From: Octopus vulgaris
Taxonomy: Eukaryota
Assembly: GCA_951406725.2 (NCBI GenBank)
Contig: OX597817.1
Coordinates: forward strand, 65,844,001-65,908,000
DNA: 64,000 nt
Direction of reading: 5' to 3'
A program made the position numbers and the translations under genes. The notes under the pieces are model-generated. The model was not told the origin of the DNA. It worked only from the letters and a program-made list of their open reading frames with translations, and searched no databases. Positions 22,863-37,176 of this stretch are shown here, piece after piece. The number at the start of each line of letters is the position of its first letter. Position 1 is the first letter of the stretch.

Positions 22863-25800
22863 TGTTTCTGTTTTACAATCTAAGTCTCGCACAATGTGTC
22901 CGTCAGTAGCAGCAGTGTCAACAATAATACCTACACTACGCCGCTACCATCACCACTATCAGCATAGAAAGCAACACTCTTGCCACTAGCACAATGCTAT
23001 TTCGTTCGAACTCGTTAGCAAAAAAGAGGCCTTTAGGCAAAGGCACAAAGTTGCATTGTTTACGACCTTGAATACTTTCATTGCCAGAGGCAATACGAAA
23101 GAAACAAAAAGATCAATACAGATAAATTCTTTGCAGATTTGAAAATAGGGGGGGGGGGGAGTCGACAACTCCAATGTAGGACAAATGTACCTAAACAGCG
23201 TATACAAAGGGAGAAAATATGGGACAGAAGTGACTTTGAGCGTTATAAAGATAAAACCAAGACGTTTTCAATCATCGTAAGCTTCTTCAATGTTTACCCT
23301 TAAGGTTACATGGGGCAGTAAGCGACAAAGTTTCGAATTATATGTAATAATGTTGAAAGAGTATGAAGAGATTCTCAAATTCAAACCTGAACTGGCCGGA
23401 AGCTCAGATGTCATCCTAGCGAATTTCTTGAAAATCCTTAGGGTGGGGGAGTCAAATGAGAGTTATGTCAAAACAAACTCAGGCATGCAGTTATGTTTCT
23501 TCCCTTCGTTTCTTCCAATATTTCTCCTTCTGATTCTTCATCAAGAAAGAAAAAAAGTCATGTCAAGAAGTTATCCTGGAGGCCACGAAGTAGACGAAAA
23601 CCAATGATGTTACAAGAAGGCTTGAGTAGACATCAAAGAACTCGCTACCCACCATCACAACAATGTAATAAAGCAATAATGTTCACAAGAACTAAAACTA
23701 TAACCATAACAGCAAAACCTACAAGCCCAACTATTACAACAAAATACAGTGAAGGTCTAAATCAATGTTTCTGAAGGTGAGTGTGGCAATATTTTGGTGG
23801 GGCGTGGATTACTTCAAAATGAAGCAAGAGAATAAAACTAGCAATAAAGTTTTAATTAAAACTTCCTTTTAATGTAGATAGCTTATATATTAACTGTTTT
23901 TATGGTGAGGCACACGTTTCTGCCTTTCTTTTCTTCTTTAAATCAAAATTTGGCGTAGAACTAAAACGGGTAAGAAACCAGGACCTAAATATTTGATTAA
24001 TTACTGTTAATACGACTGAATTTTCTAATTATTAACCTCATCTTTTACGGGTTTATTTACATTCTTGAGTTATAAACTTCATCAGTTGGTTGGTTAAATA
24101 ACACTACCTGGTCCTTGATGCCTTAAGCGGGGTTCACTTTTTTGCAAGCATTTGGATCAGCCCTTTCCTTCACCAATTACAGAGACGTTTCTTTTCTTTC
24201 TGACTGAGCTACAGAAAGAGTAAAATTCATATCTGCACAGTTATTTCGATAAGTAGAATCTCCTACGTATCGTATTCCTTAATTCTATACTGCTATATGC
24301 ATTTCCTTCTCGTACCATATATATTCAACCTTTTATTAAGAGCATTTGATATTTTCAGATAACTGAGAAACACATTCGAAACGAAAGGTTAATGGAGCAG
24401 GTACCTAGAACTCTCACTAATTCTCTTCCAACTAGTAAATTCAGCAATGGCATTAGTTTAATATAGCTGCTTTTACTAACAAATAAATCTTGCAACAAAT
24501 AAATCGTACGTGCGTCAGTGGCTTAGGGGATAAGGACATTACTACTAATTGGCCTGAAAATAAAGGTTTCTAATTTCAGGCCAAACAGGGGCTATATCTG
24601 GAATAATTCAACTGATGAAGATCTGAAATTGAGTCAACAGCGTGTAAATATACAATCTAAAGATAAGATTTTGTTGCCCTTGCTTAATATCAGTTCATCT
24701 GGGATTGACGAGATCTCTGATGTTCCAACTGTGACTATTCTGGCATCTTTTCAGGCAGTATGTCTTTTGGACTACTTTACCGAGTGTATCGTTCTATAGG
24801 TATGAATCGAGGAATATTTGACTGATATTTCAATTATATTCGAGTAACCATTGAGTAGCTCCGTGCTGGCTTGCAAAAAAGGTGAAATTAAAGTATTTCA
24901 ACAAGTGAATTACTTGTACAACATCTTCCATTCCAGATATTAGCTGGAATCTTCACATCAACAGATATTTTAAGAAAACAATGGAGACAAAAATATTTTA
25001 TTCAATATAACTCACCATGCTGGTTGAAAGTCGCGCCGCGTAATCCTCTGCAGTATTTAGCAACGCCTCTGTATGGTCTTAGTTCAAATTTTGCCAGGAT
25101 CAATTTTTCTATCATGTGATCAATAAAATAAGGATAGTAAAATCAAATAAAAATGTTGCCTTTTTTACTGAGACATTTGTAAGTAGATTATCTATGCATA
25201 CCCACAAATGTCAGGTTTTCAATAGTGAATGAAAACTTTTTGTAAGTAGTTCGTTTATTCAAATATTTCCATTTCAGAGAAAAACAGCCCTCTTCATATT
25301 CTCCTGTTGGTGACACAAATGTTATCAGCTAAAATATCTTTTGGCCGCTCGGTTGTGGACAGAATTTCGCTCTTTTTATCGAAAAACATATAACTGGACA
25401 ATTACTACGAGATGTCACTTTCTAAATAAATTTGCACGAAAGTGAAGGTTTGTAGACTTTAGATTTCAACCGAGCTATAAACTCCTTCGAGGTATAAATG
25501 CTTCAGTATTAAGGCTTATTGTCGTGTGATTTTATCCCGTCTATGACCATCTTCCACATATATCTCTATGATCATCAATACAGAATAACACAATTATGTG
25601 AAAGCTATTCACTGATAGCAGTTCAGGCTTTAAAAAAGACACAACAGTCAGAGAAAGTCCATTTTTTTATTAACTACGCTGCTGACATATCCGATCCTCT
25701 TCCGGATGCAATTACTCGAATGTAAGGCCTTGCTGTTCCAAGACTATAGCTTATCTGTTGACTTCTTCCAGATAAAATTGCTTAAATATCAAAGCTACCT

Positions 25801-26348
25801 GGTCTAAGATAGCTATAGAACTAACTTTTTCCAGACACAATTGTCCGATTATCAAGACTTAACATCACGAAGTTTATCTTATCTATTGACCTTTAGAAAA
25901 TTATATGAATTCCTTTACCAATATAACGGAAGTACTTTGGAAATTTTAAATCTTTTCTCCAATTCCTTTCAATAAAACAGCTTTTTTTTATATTTTTCAC
26001 TTTTTTCATTATTTTTCGAACAACTGAGAAATTCAGTTCCATTTAGAATTGCTCTCAGAACTTCTAATTCAAGCCATTTATCATAGTCTTACTATCTCTC
26101 ATATTAATATTTTATTTATCTAATAGCTTTTTCCTGCACATTTTTTTTTACTACCTTGCTCTACAAATCTAATTCGATTTTTACTTCACTTCTGACGTCA
26201 GAAATATTTATTCAGCTGGTTACATATATATCTATAGTGCAAGAGTTTTATAACCTACTGGCCAGAACTATATACATATACAAGATTATGCAATCACATA
26301 CAGAGTTGATTATGCGCCATCAGCATGTGTACGTATGTATGAGTGTGT

Positions 26349-26397
<49 letters not shown>

Positions 26398-26426
26398 AAT
26401 GTATATATATATATATATATGTATGA

Positions 26427-26467
<41 letters not shown>

Positions 26468-26709
26468 ATATACATACTCACAAACACACATACATTCATA
26501 CACATTACACATTCATACATACGTGCATACACATACACACATATATGCAATCATGCATACATACCATACATATACATATGAAAATATGCAGTTGCACGTA
26601 TATGTGTATATTCACATACACATATGTATGTATATTTATATATATATATATATATATACATTATACATAAATACATATATGTATATATACATGTGTGTAT
26701 ATATATATG

Positions 26710-26740
<31 letters not shown>

Positions 26741-26896
26741 ATGTACGTATATGTTCCTTTATTTGATAAATATGTTTTTTTATACACACACATACACATA
26801 AAGACATAATATCACTTATTACAGGAAAATGTGTGTGAGTGAGTGAGTATATGTGTGTGTGTATGTGTGCGTGCGTGTGTATGTGTGAGTGTGTGT

Positions 26897-26970
<74 letters not shown>

Positions 26971-27119
26971 ATGCCGTACCAGTATTGATATTCTTCAGCG
27001 AATCTATTAATATTCAGCTGTAAAACACCATTATTATACTGCACTACTATTATTAATGCTATAACGTATTAATATTTATATTTGGGTTAGAACAGTGTGT
27101 TGGGAAAGTCTGTGAAGTG

Positions 27120-28435
27120 TCGGGGAGAAATATGCTGTTGTACTTTTATGTTCTGAGTTCAAATAAGGTTGACTTCACCTTTTATCCTTGCTGGTGGGGG
27201 TCGATAAAATATTTATTATTCAGTCAATTACTTATGATTGGTATAGCACAAAATGTGTGTGTGTTGGAAGTGCTATTATTAGGATTGGCGAAGGCAGCGA
27301 GCTGGCAGAATCGTTAGCACACCGGGCAAAATGCTTAGCGGCATTTCGTCAGTTCTGAGTTGAAATTCTGCCGAGGTCGACCTTGCCTTTCATAATTTCG
27401 GGGTCAATAAAATAAGTACCAGTTGAAGCCTTGTACCTATAGTAGAAAGGATTATTCGTATTGACTAATGCGGCGAGGTGGTAGAACCGTTAGCATACCG
27501 GGTTAAATGCTTAGAGGCATTTTATCCGTCTGAGTTCAAATACTACCGAGGTCGACTTTGCTTTTCTTCCTTTCGGGGTCGATAAAATAAGTACTAGTTA
27601 AGCACTGCATTCGATGAAATCGGCTTATCACGTTCCTTGAAATTGCTGGCCTTGTGCCAAAATTTCAAACTGTTATTACGATTGACTAAGGCAGCGATCC
27701 AGCAGAATCATTACTGTCCCAGATAAAATATTTAGCGGCCTCTCGTCCATCTTTATGTTCCCAGTTCAAATTCCGCCGAGGTCAATCTTACATTTCATCT
27801 TTTCGGGATCGATAAAATAAGAGCCAGTTGAGCATTGGGGTCGATGCAATTGACTATCCCCCTCCCCCAAATGTCAGGCCTTGTGCTTATAGTAGAAGGG
27901 ATTATCATTATTTGCAAGGAAGATTCCACCGAGGTTGACTTTTCTTTTCATCCTTTCGATCGATGAAATAAGTACCAGATGAGCCTTGTGCCTATAGTGG
28001 AAGGGGTTATTTGTAAGGCTGCAAGCTGGCAGAATCGACGGAAAAATGCTTTGTGTTATTAGTTCCGGTTCTTTACTTTCTGAGTTCAAATCCAATGAAG
28101 ACCACCCTTGTCTTTCAAGGTCGAGAAAATAAAATTTCCAGTCAAGTGCTGAGGCCGATGGCATTGACTTACCCCTTTCCAACAAAATAGCTGGTCTTGT
28201 ATATAAATCAGAAACCACTAGTCGGCGAGATGGCAGAATCGATAGCACGCCAGACAAAATATTTAGCGGCATTTCGTTCGGCTTTATGTTTTGAGTTCAA
28301 CAGCCACTGAGGTCGACTTTGCCTTTCATTATTTCGGGGTCGATAAAATAATTGCCAGTTGAGCACTGGGGTCGATGTAATCAACTTACCCCGTTCCCCG
28401 AAATTTCTGGCCACGTGCCAAAATTTGAAAACATC
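27120..28435 (+). mobile_element. Head-to-tail cluster of about 7 SINE-like family D units
   Basis: Recurrent GCTGGCAGAATCGTTAGCA..GAGTTCAAATTC.GCCGAGGTCGACTTTGCCTTTCATCCTTTCGGGGTCGATAAAATAAGTACCAG at about 27120, 27292, 27468, 27688, 27920, 28016 and 28222. Other copies at 28830-29035(-), 29500-29700, 42005-42200(-), 48025-48235, 52680-52820(-), 55750-55955(-), 57400-57520 and 61228-61440(-). Confidence 0.85.
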
Positions 28436-30204
28436 ATTATGAGTGGTATAAAGGCAAATACCACAATATCATTCTTAAAGGTGATAAGCTAGTTGATACC
28501 AGAATATAATTATTTTGGGTGACAAGGCAGTAGATAACAGAATCAGACAAAATGTATTGTGATGTTAAGATACGGCGCTAAAATCTATAGCTCTATGATG
28601 GTTAAAGTACCAGTAATATGCTGTTGAAGATTTAATCGACACTTCACTTCCTTTGTATTTGTGTCTTTGTACCACTGTTAAAAATCCTAGCTGAAGGTGA
28701 TAGCTCTATGGTTAGCAGAATGGGAAGAGTAACAGACAAAATAATTGCCGTATTTACGTTACATTTCTTTGCATTCCGAGTTTAAACTATATCGCAAATG
28801 AGTTTCCCTTCTTTTCTAGAGATCGGTAAAATTCTTTCTAATTTTGGCACAAAGCCAGCAATTTTTAAAGGAAAGAGCAAGCCGATTACATTGACCACTG
28901 CTCAACCGGTCCTTTTTTTTTATCGATACCGGAAGAATGAAAAACGAAGTCGACCTCCGCGAAATTTGAACACAGAACTTAAGGAATCGAAAGAAATACC
29001 ACTAAGTCCGACATGTTAAAGAATTTGCCAGCTCGCCGTCTGGGATCGATAAATTAGTAACAGTTATATAGTGGTATGGATTATGTTGATAATGCATTTC
29101 CTTATAGTTTGTTGACTTTGTGTCAACATAAGCAATAAATGTTATTAGGAGAGCCACTAATACCTCCTCTTCCCTTTTCAAGACTGTAAGGAGTAATTTG
29201 GAACAGATTTGATTGCTATTTCTAGCAGGTCGAGACACTTTTAGGGAGTGCCCCTCGGTAGGTTATTTGTGCGCGCGTGCGTGCATCGTTAAGCTTACAG
29301 TTGTTGTAGTCGTAGTTGTAAATATTCTTGTTATTACCGTAGATGTTTATTTAATGCATGGTAAACCCCAATCGAGCAGGTCTGTGAACAAAAAACGGTC
29401 ATCGTAATCCAGCCACGACCATCTCGTCTTTCTTAGTTATGTAGGACTACACTACCTAATATGTCATGTCTTAATCTAGAAAATTAGAGGGTAATTTAAG
29501 GGCGAAATGTTTAGCGGTATTTCGTCTGCCGTTACGTTGTCAGTTCAAATTCCGCCGAGGTCGACTTTGCCTTTCATCCTTTCGGAGTCGATTAAATTAA
29601 GTACCAGTTACGCACTGGGGTCGATGTAATCGACTTAATCCGTTTGTCTGTCCTTGTTTGTCCCCTCTGTGTTTAGCCCCTTATGGGTAGTAAAGAAATA
29701 GGTAATTTAAGGGAGATTCATTTTTTTATTTCAAGCAGATCAACTTACTATCTTGCCCTCATCCCTCACGTTAGCTCTTGTTATGTGTTACAGTATCAGC
29801 AGCCATAAATGCAGCAGCTGTTATAGCTGTGTTTGATGTTAATATTAGTGTTGCTGATGTTACAGTTATCATTTTTTTATCTTCTGATGTTACAGCTGTT
29901 AATGTCGTTATCGTTGTTGCTGTTTCTGTCGTGGTTACATTCCTATTATGTGCTGCTGTTACACCTGTTTATAGTGCTACTACTAATGTTACTGTCCTGT
30001 TATTGCTGCTGTTACACCTGTTAATGTTGCTGTTATTAATGTCACAATCCACTTATGTGCTGCTGTTACACCTGTTAATGTTGCTGTTGTTAATATTATA
30101 ATCCTCGTATGTGCTGCAGTTATACTTGTTACTCTTGTAATTAATGTTAAAGTCCTGTTATGTACTGCTGTTACTAATATAAATGTTATTGTTGTCGTTA
30201 TTAT

Positions 30205-30508
30205 TACAGTTTTGTCATATGCTAAGTTACACCTGTTAATGTTACAGTTTTGTCATATGCTATGTTACACCTGTTAATGTTACAGTTTTGTCATATGCTA
30301 TGTTACACCTGTTAATGTTACAGTTTTGTCATATGCTATGTTACACTTGTTAATGTTACAGTTTTGTCATATGCTATGTTACACCTGTTAATGTTACAGT
30401 TTTATCATGCTATGTTACACCTGTTAATGTTACAGTTTTGTCATATGCTATGTTACACCTGTTAATGTTACAGTTTTGTCATATGCTATGTTACACCTGT
30501 TAATGTTA
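30205..30508. repeat. 38-bp minisatellite, 8 units, within a degenerate halo (about 29830-30780)
   Basis: Unit TACAGTTTTGTCATATGCTATGTTACACCTGTTAATGT starts at 30205, 30243, 30281, 30319, 30357, 30395, 30431 and 30469. Confidence 0.95.
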
Positions 30509-31018
30509 CTGTTACTATTCTGGTATATGCCGCTGTTACACCTGTTAATGTTGTTGTTACAATCCTGCTATATGCTGCTGTTACACCTGTTAATGTTACT
30601 TTTGCTGTTGTTAATGTTACAGTCCTGCTATGTATTGCTATTACAAATATCAATGCTACTGTTGTTGCTATAGTTACAGTTCAGGTATATGCCGCTGTTA
30701 CACCTGTTAATGTTGCTGTTGGTAATGTTACAGTCCTGATATATACAGTTGTTACACCTGTTAATGCTTCGTTTCTATTAATGTTACATTCCTAATATGT
30801 GTGGCTGTTGCTGTTATTATTATTGTCACAACCTTGTTATGTGCTGCTGTTGTAATTAAAGTCTTCTTACCCATTAACACTTTTGTCACTGTTCCATTTG
30901 ATTAAGTTTCTCTTATTACTGTTAGTCATGTTACAATTGTTAATGTTGTTTGTTGTTAAAGTCATGCTATGCACCGATGATACAGCTCTACTGTTGTAGT
31001 TGTTGTTCTTCTTCTTCT

Positions 31019-31083
<65 letters not shown>

Positions 31084-31109
31084 CGAGAGGAGAAGGAGGA
31101 GGAGGAGGA

Positions 31110-31985
31110 TGTTCTTGTTCAGCTCCAGTCGGCCCCGATTGAACAGACCTTTGGTCAAAAACATTTCAAACGTGATCATCCCGTCTTTCATTTAAAATAT
31201 ATTTTTCAACTGCAATATCGAATTCCAATGTATTCAACATTATTTTAAAAGTAGCAGTACGTGATTTGAGGGAGAATTAGTAGTTATTTCTAGCTGGTCG
31301 AGCTGACACTTACGAGCCACCTTATTATCTCCTGTCATCGCTTGTGTTATTATTGTGGCTGACCTTGTTGTCGTGGTTAACATTTAGTTCCTGTTATCCC
31401 TGAACGAATAGACCGATGCTAAAAGACGTTCCAGCTGTGACCAACCCACCATTTAAAAAAATTCTAGAGCTATATCGGCGAGTGTATCCTACATTTTCTT
31501 TTTAATATAGTTCAGTGTTGACTTATTGGTGTTATGCTGCTATTTCTAGCAGGTCAAGTTCGTATTGATACTGGTGCTGTACTCCAAAAAGAAGGGCGAG
31601 CTATCGGCTTCAGACAAACCAACAATCGGTTGTTGAGAAGAAAACAGTCTGTCTTGCAATGTGAAGAACGTAACTCTCAGAGAAAGAAATAAAGTAGAAC
31701 TGTAGCAGAACTGGCAGCTGTCTGTTGGACTGTTAGTAGTTGTTGTTGTTGTCGTCGTTATTGTTTAGCCCCAGGTCAACTCAGACTCAGCAAACTTATG
31801 ATCAAAAGTATTCCAACTATAATTAATCTCTTTTCTTTTCCTTCTTTCTTTTTTTCTTTTTTCTCTTTTTTTGGAGGGGGGGTGAGTATATAGGAACAGA
31901 TTATCTAATGCGTCCTACTCGTTATTAAGATGTGTGTGTAATTTGTGAGAATTTGGTTGTTATTTCTAGCCTGGTTGACTCACTG
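31110..31985 (+). repeat. Three copies of an old dispersed repeat of about 200-250 bp
   Basis: Pattern TTTAGCCCCAGGTCA..CAGACCT.TGATCAAA..TTCCA..ATTTGAGGGAGA..TTGGCTGCTATTTCTAGCAGGTC. Also at about 16555-16790, 29190-29490, 36225-36460 and 49520-49690, and inverted at about 18050 and 56310. Confidence 0.65.
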
Positions 31986-32118
31986 TGGTTTGTCAGATTC
32001 TCTAGGGGGGTGTTTCTAGCTGCATTGAATGAACAGACTGACAGGCAGGCAGACAGACAGACAAACAGACAGACAAACAGACAGATGAGCGGACAGACAG
32101 ATATGAAAGTAATATAAA

Positions 32119-32498
32119 AATAAGAGCACTCAGCACAAACCCGCGCCAAGGAAAACACCAACGTCCCCTCAACGATTAGCCAGAGATGATTTTTAAAATG
32201 TGAATATCTGAAATAAATTCGACTGCTCTCACAAACGAGAATACTAAAAATGAACCCGACCGTTCTCAAAAAAAAAAAAGAAAAAAAAAAGGAAAAATAA
32301 TCCAGAATCCTTGTTCGGTACCGGATCGATCCCAAAATCTAATCAGTTCGTGCCAGTCACGGGGTCAAACATCCCTGGAAGTTTTATCCGAATCCATCCA
32401 GCGGTTCTTGAGATATCTTGTCCACAGACAGACAAACAAACAAACAAACAAATACAACTGAAAACAATACCTCCGCCTTCGCTAAGGCGGTAGTACTA
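32119..32498. mobile_element. Helentron-associated / DINE-1-like non-autonomous element
   Basis: Starts AATAAGAGCACTCAG..AACCCGCGCCAAGG, has internal (CAGA)/(CAAA) microsatellite, and ends in the hairpin TACCTCCGCCTT-CGCT-AAGGCGGTAGTA. Confidence 0.6.
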
Positions 32499-32752
32499 AA
32501 AGAAAGAGATGAAAGATGGATCAGCGGGTAGATGAGGTAGAAAGATGGTTTGGAACGAGTTGGATCGATGACGGATATAAAATAAAAACATGGGGAGATG
32601 GCGAGGAAAAGGGTGTAAGAAGGAAAGAGATTAAAAACAAACGGAAACATAGAGGAGATAGTGAAAGGAAAGGTGGTGAAGGATTACAAATTTCTAATCC
32701 CAAATTTGAAAATTTGGGATTAGAAAGGAAGAGGATAGGAAAGAAAGTGAGT

Positions 32753-32769
<17 letters not shown>

Positions 32770-32783
<14 letters not shown>

Positions 32784-34720
32784 AAATAAAAGAGAGAAAA
32801 TAAAAGAAATGTGAATAATGGGTATGTGTAAATATGTACATATGTATGTATTTATATGTGAAATTTGACGTGTGTATATGTGTGTGTAAGTGAGAAATAA
32901 AGAGAGAAATGTTTATAGGATTTGTTTAGGAGATGCTTGTGTGTATATGCGTGAGAGCAAGAGACACGGAAAGAGACTGAGAGACACGGAGAGAGGTGTG
33001 AAGATATGTGAATGTAGGATGTTTGAAAGAAATTGTGCGTGAATGATATTGTGTATGGAGGTATGTGAGTGTGAATCAGATAAATGTGTGAGAGAGAGAG
33101 AGAGAGGGACAGAGAGAGAAATATGTGTGTGTGTGTGTAGATGTAACATGTTTGAGAGAAGTGTTTGAAAGAAAGCAATGTGCATAAGAAAAAGTATGTG
33201 TATGCGTAAGATGTGTGTGCGTGTGTGTGTGTGTGTTTCGCAAATGTGAGAGATGTGTGTGAACATACGTGATTGAGAGATGTGTTTTGAGACGGAGATA
33301 TATGTGCGTCAGATACGGTATATGAGAAATATGCCGTGCGAGTGAAATGTGAGCGTAAGGTTATGCATATGCGTGAGATAAATGTGACATGTGTGTCAGG
33401 AATGTGAGAGGGGGGGGAGAAAGAAAGAAAGAATGAATGAATGAATGAATTAATGAATGAATGAATGAATGACAGAGGGATGTGTGTAAGAAGGCTGTAA
33501 ATATGAGATATGTGTATAAGAAAGATGAGTATATGTGAGGGATTAGTGTAATATATGTGTCAGAGATGTGTTGAAGAGAGATAGGTATGGAAGTTAGAGA
33601 GATGTGATTTATGTGTGTGAGATAAGTGTGATATGTGAGAGAGGTAGAGACGGTGACAGAGACAGAGAAGACAGATGTGAAAGATGTATGAGAAAGATGT
33701 ATGTCAGTAGCGTGTATGTAAGAAGGATTAGAGTGTGGGTGATTACGCACGTAAGAAATGTGTACGACAGTGAAGTGTAAGAGAGATGTATATGAAAGAT
33801 GTGTCAGAGGATATGTATGGGAGTTGTGTATGACAGAAATATGTATGAGAAGTATGTGTGTGTGTGACAGAGATGACTAAGAGAGATGTGTATGACGAAG
33901 TTGTGTATGACAAATACATGACAGATATATATATACATACATATATATATATATATATGGGAAAGGCGTGTGAGTGAGGTGTCTGGCAAAGAGAGATGTG
34001 TATAGCGAAGTTGCGTCTAGCAGGTGAGTATGAGAGATGTGTATGACAGGGACATGTGAGAAGTGTCCATGAGAAATGTGTATGACACATTTCCGATGGG
34101 CTCCTCTCAAAGAGAGCTGTGTATGACGGATGTGTATGGCAGAGGTGTATGTGGAGTTGTGTATGAGTGATCTGTATGAAAGAGACGTATAAGTGTTCAT
34201 GAGAGAAGTGTATCAGAAATGCACATCTGCCATACACATCTTTGTGTGTGTATGGCAGATGTCCATGAGTGTTGTGTATGAGTGATATATATGACAGAGA
34301 TGTGTATGAGGGATGTGTATGCCAGAAATATATGATAGGTGTATATGAGTGATGATAGGTGTATTTGAGAAGTGTGTATAACAGATGTAAATGTGAAATG
34401 TGTATGACAGATGTGTATGAGAGGTATATGCAATATATATGAGTGTTATGTTTGAGATGTGTGTATGAGATGTGTCTGAGCAATGAGTATGGTAGGTGTA
34501 TATGAGAGATGTGTATGTCAGAAATGTATATGAGAGATTTGTATGACATAAGTGTGTACGGGTGATGTGCATATAAGAGAGGTGTATGGATATGTATGAT
34601 GGATATGTATAAGCGAGACAAATCATTGTGCGTATGTGTGCGAGAAAGAAAGACAGACAGACAGAAAGAAAGAAAGTGAGATAGCTGCGTGTATGAGATA
34701 TGTGTTAGAGATGTGTGAGA
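32770..34720. repeat. C-poor low-complexity tract (GAGATGTGTATGA-like)
   Basis: Degenerate repeated motif; accounts for the spurious long minus-strand ORFs. Confidence 0.8.
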
Positions 34721-34887
34721 AAAATATTTAATAAAGAGGCAAAAAGAGGCGGGGAGGGAGGATATGTATCGGGTGTGTGGTGGGGATAAAAAGTGACTGA
34801 TAGAGAGGAAGAAGGAAAAAAGAAAGACATTTGTGATAGAACTGTATGTATGAGTTATGTGCGTATATGTGTGTGAGAGAGAGAGAG

Positions 34888-35239
34888 AAGAAAGAAGAAG
34901 AAGAAGGAAGAAGAAGAAGAAGAAGAAGAAGAAGAGAGAAGAAGAAGAAGAAGAAGAAGAAGAAGAAGAAGAAGAAGAAGAAGAAGAAGAAGAAGAAGAA
35001 GAAGAAGAAGAAGAAGAAGAAGAAGAAGAAGAAGAAGAAGAAGAAGAAGAAGAAGAAGAAGAAGAAGAAGAAGAAGAAGAAGAAGAAGAAGAAGAAGAAG
35101 AAGAAGAAGAAGAAGAAGAAGAAGAAGAAGAAGAAGAAGAAGAAGAAGAAGAAGAAGAAGAAGAAGAAGAAGAAGAAGAAGAAGAAGAAGAAGAAGAAGA
35201 AGAAGAAGAAGAAGAAGAAGAAGAAGAAGAAGAAGAAGA
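34888..35239. repeat. (GAA)n microsatellite, about 350 bp
   Basis: Read directly; about 100 uninterrupted units from about 34937. Confidence 0.98.
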
Positions 35240-37098
35240 GAGTGTGTGTACAAACGTATGTGTTAGGGGATTTAGATGTGATATTTGCGTACGAAGAAGA
35301 CATATACATGACAGATATATGTTTGAGGGTGGCAGATGTGTGGATGTGCGAATGTGTAGATATGTGGATGTGTGTAATGAATGCAATGTATATGCTAGAA
35401 AATACATACATACATACATACATACATACATAGACGTGTGTGCTTGTGTATGTATGTATGTATGTATGTATGTATGTATGTATGTATGTATGTATGTATG
35501 TATGTATGTATGCATGCATGTATGTATGTATGTATGTGTTTGTATGCGTGTGAACATGTATGTCTGTGTATAAGAACAGTAAAGGAATTAGAAAGAGAGG
35601 GGGAAATTGAACCAGAGAAAGAAAGAAGACAGAGAGAGATAGAGAGAGAGACAGAGAGAGAGATAAGAGAGAGCGCAGAAAGAGAGATGCAGATAAAGAG
35701 TATGGAAGAGAAAAATAGAGAGGGAGAAGAGAGATGCAGATAAAGAGTAGGGAAGAGAAGAAAAAAAGGGAGAAAGAGAAGACGAGAAATAGAGAAGTGA
35801 TGATAGCGTTTGGAGAGGGGGCGATGAACGGTGAGGGTGAAGGGTGTTGTATTTGTGAGAAAGTAAAGAGATGAATTCAACAATTGAGAGACGCTGTTCA
35901 ATGAAGAGAAGGAGGAGGAGGAGGCGAAGGAGAAAGAGAAGGAGAAGGAGAAGGGTGAGGAAGGATGCGAAGCTGTAGAAAATGTGTGTAAATGATGAAG
36001 ACGACGAAAGCAGTTCCATCACTGTAGGTTTGTTTCAGCATCCAGGTTAGTCAATCCATCGTTGCTGCTGCTGTTCATGTACTTGTTGTTGTTGGTGTTG
36101 TTGTTGTTAGCGTTACTGTTATTGTTGTTTGTTGGTGATGGTCGTGCTGTTGTTGTTGTTGTTTATTATTGGCGGCGACAATTCTGACGTTGTTCTGTTG
36201 GTACAGTTGTTGCTTTTGCTGTAGACGTTTAGCCCTAGGATTACCCTGATCAGACCTATGATGAAAGACGTCAGTCACTAGCCATGACCATCACACCATA
36301 TATTCATTCCTTTTTTTTTTTTCTTTTGATATAGTGTATCCACGAAAACGTTATCCAATGTGTCCTTCCTTTTTTCATATATATAATATATATAATATAT
36401 AAGACGATACGCTGTAATTTCAGGGAGATTTGGCTGCAATTTTTAGCAGGGCCAGCGACCGCGTTGTATATTATTGGTATTCCGTGTTATTTGTTGGGTG
36501 TTGGTCCTTGTTATCGTTGTTTTTGTTGTGGTTGTTGGTTATGGTTATTTAGAAAGGGGTTGTTAGCAAGTAATATTGTAGTTATTGTTACTGTTGTTGT
36601 TGTTATTGTTGTTGGGGGGGCGATTAGCGTGGGGATGACGTAGTGATGATGGTGGTGGTAGTGGTGGTGGTAACACTTATAGTGCTGTTGGAGCTGTTCA
36701 TTGGTTTTGTTGTGTTTATATATATGATGATGTTCACGATGATGATGTTAACAAGACGGCGGCGGCGGAGGCGGCAGCGGCGGCGGCGACGAGACTATAG
36801 AGGTCGTGATGGTGGTGACTACAGTATTTTTGAGGAATACTTAGAGCTGTCAGTCTGTACATATAACATCAGGACACGGATACGTTTGTATGCCTTGTAT
36901 GTGCGCAGCTGCGTGCGGGTACGCACGCGTGTGTGAATGGGTATGTGTAAGTATGTAAATGTGCGAGTCCGTGTGTGTGTGTGTAATTGTGTCTATGAAC
37001 ATATGCACACTGTTTCTATGTGGATATACACGAGTTAAATAGGATTACGCGCATGTGTATATAACGGGTGGTGTTGTGGTATAGGTGAATGTGTGTAC

Positions 37099-37176
<78 letters not shown>

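Noticed and set aside
24612-24640. CTGATGA-AGATCT-GAAA..GTC as a hammerhead
   Set aside because: No stem I and only a 2-bp stem II, which is compatible with chance.
23290-26100. Possible host exons or an old LINE in the relatively unique stretch
   Set aside because: The short ORFs have no recognisable motifs or convincing splice structure; FKPELAGSSDVILANFLK only faintly recalls LINE ORF2.
29830-30780. CRISPR-like repeat-spacer appearance
   Set aside because: The intervening sequences are identical or related, the context is eukaryotic, and there are no cas genes.
33743-35573. 604-aa, 263-aa and 238-aa ORFs
   Set aside because: They are read-throughs of (GAA)n, (TACA)n and low-complexity DNA, with no domain signal.
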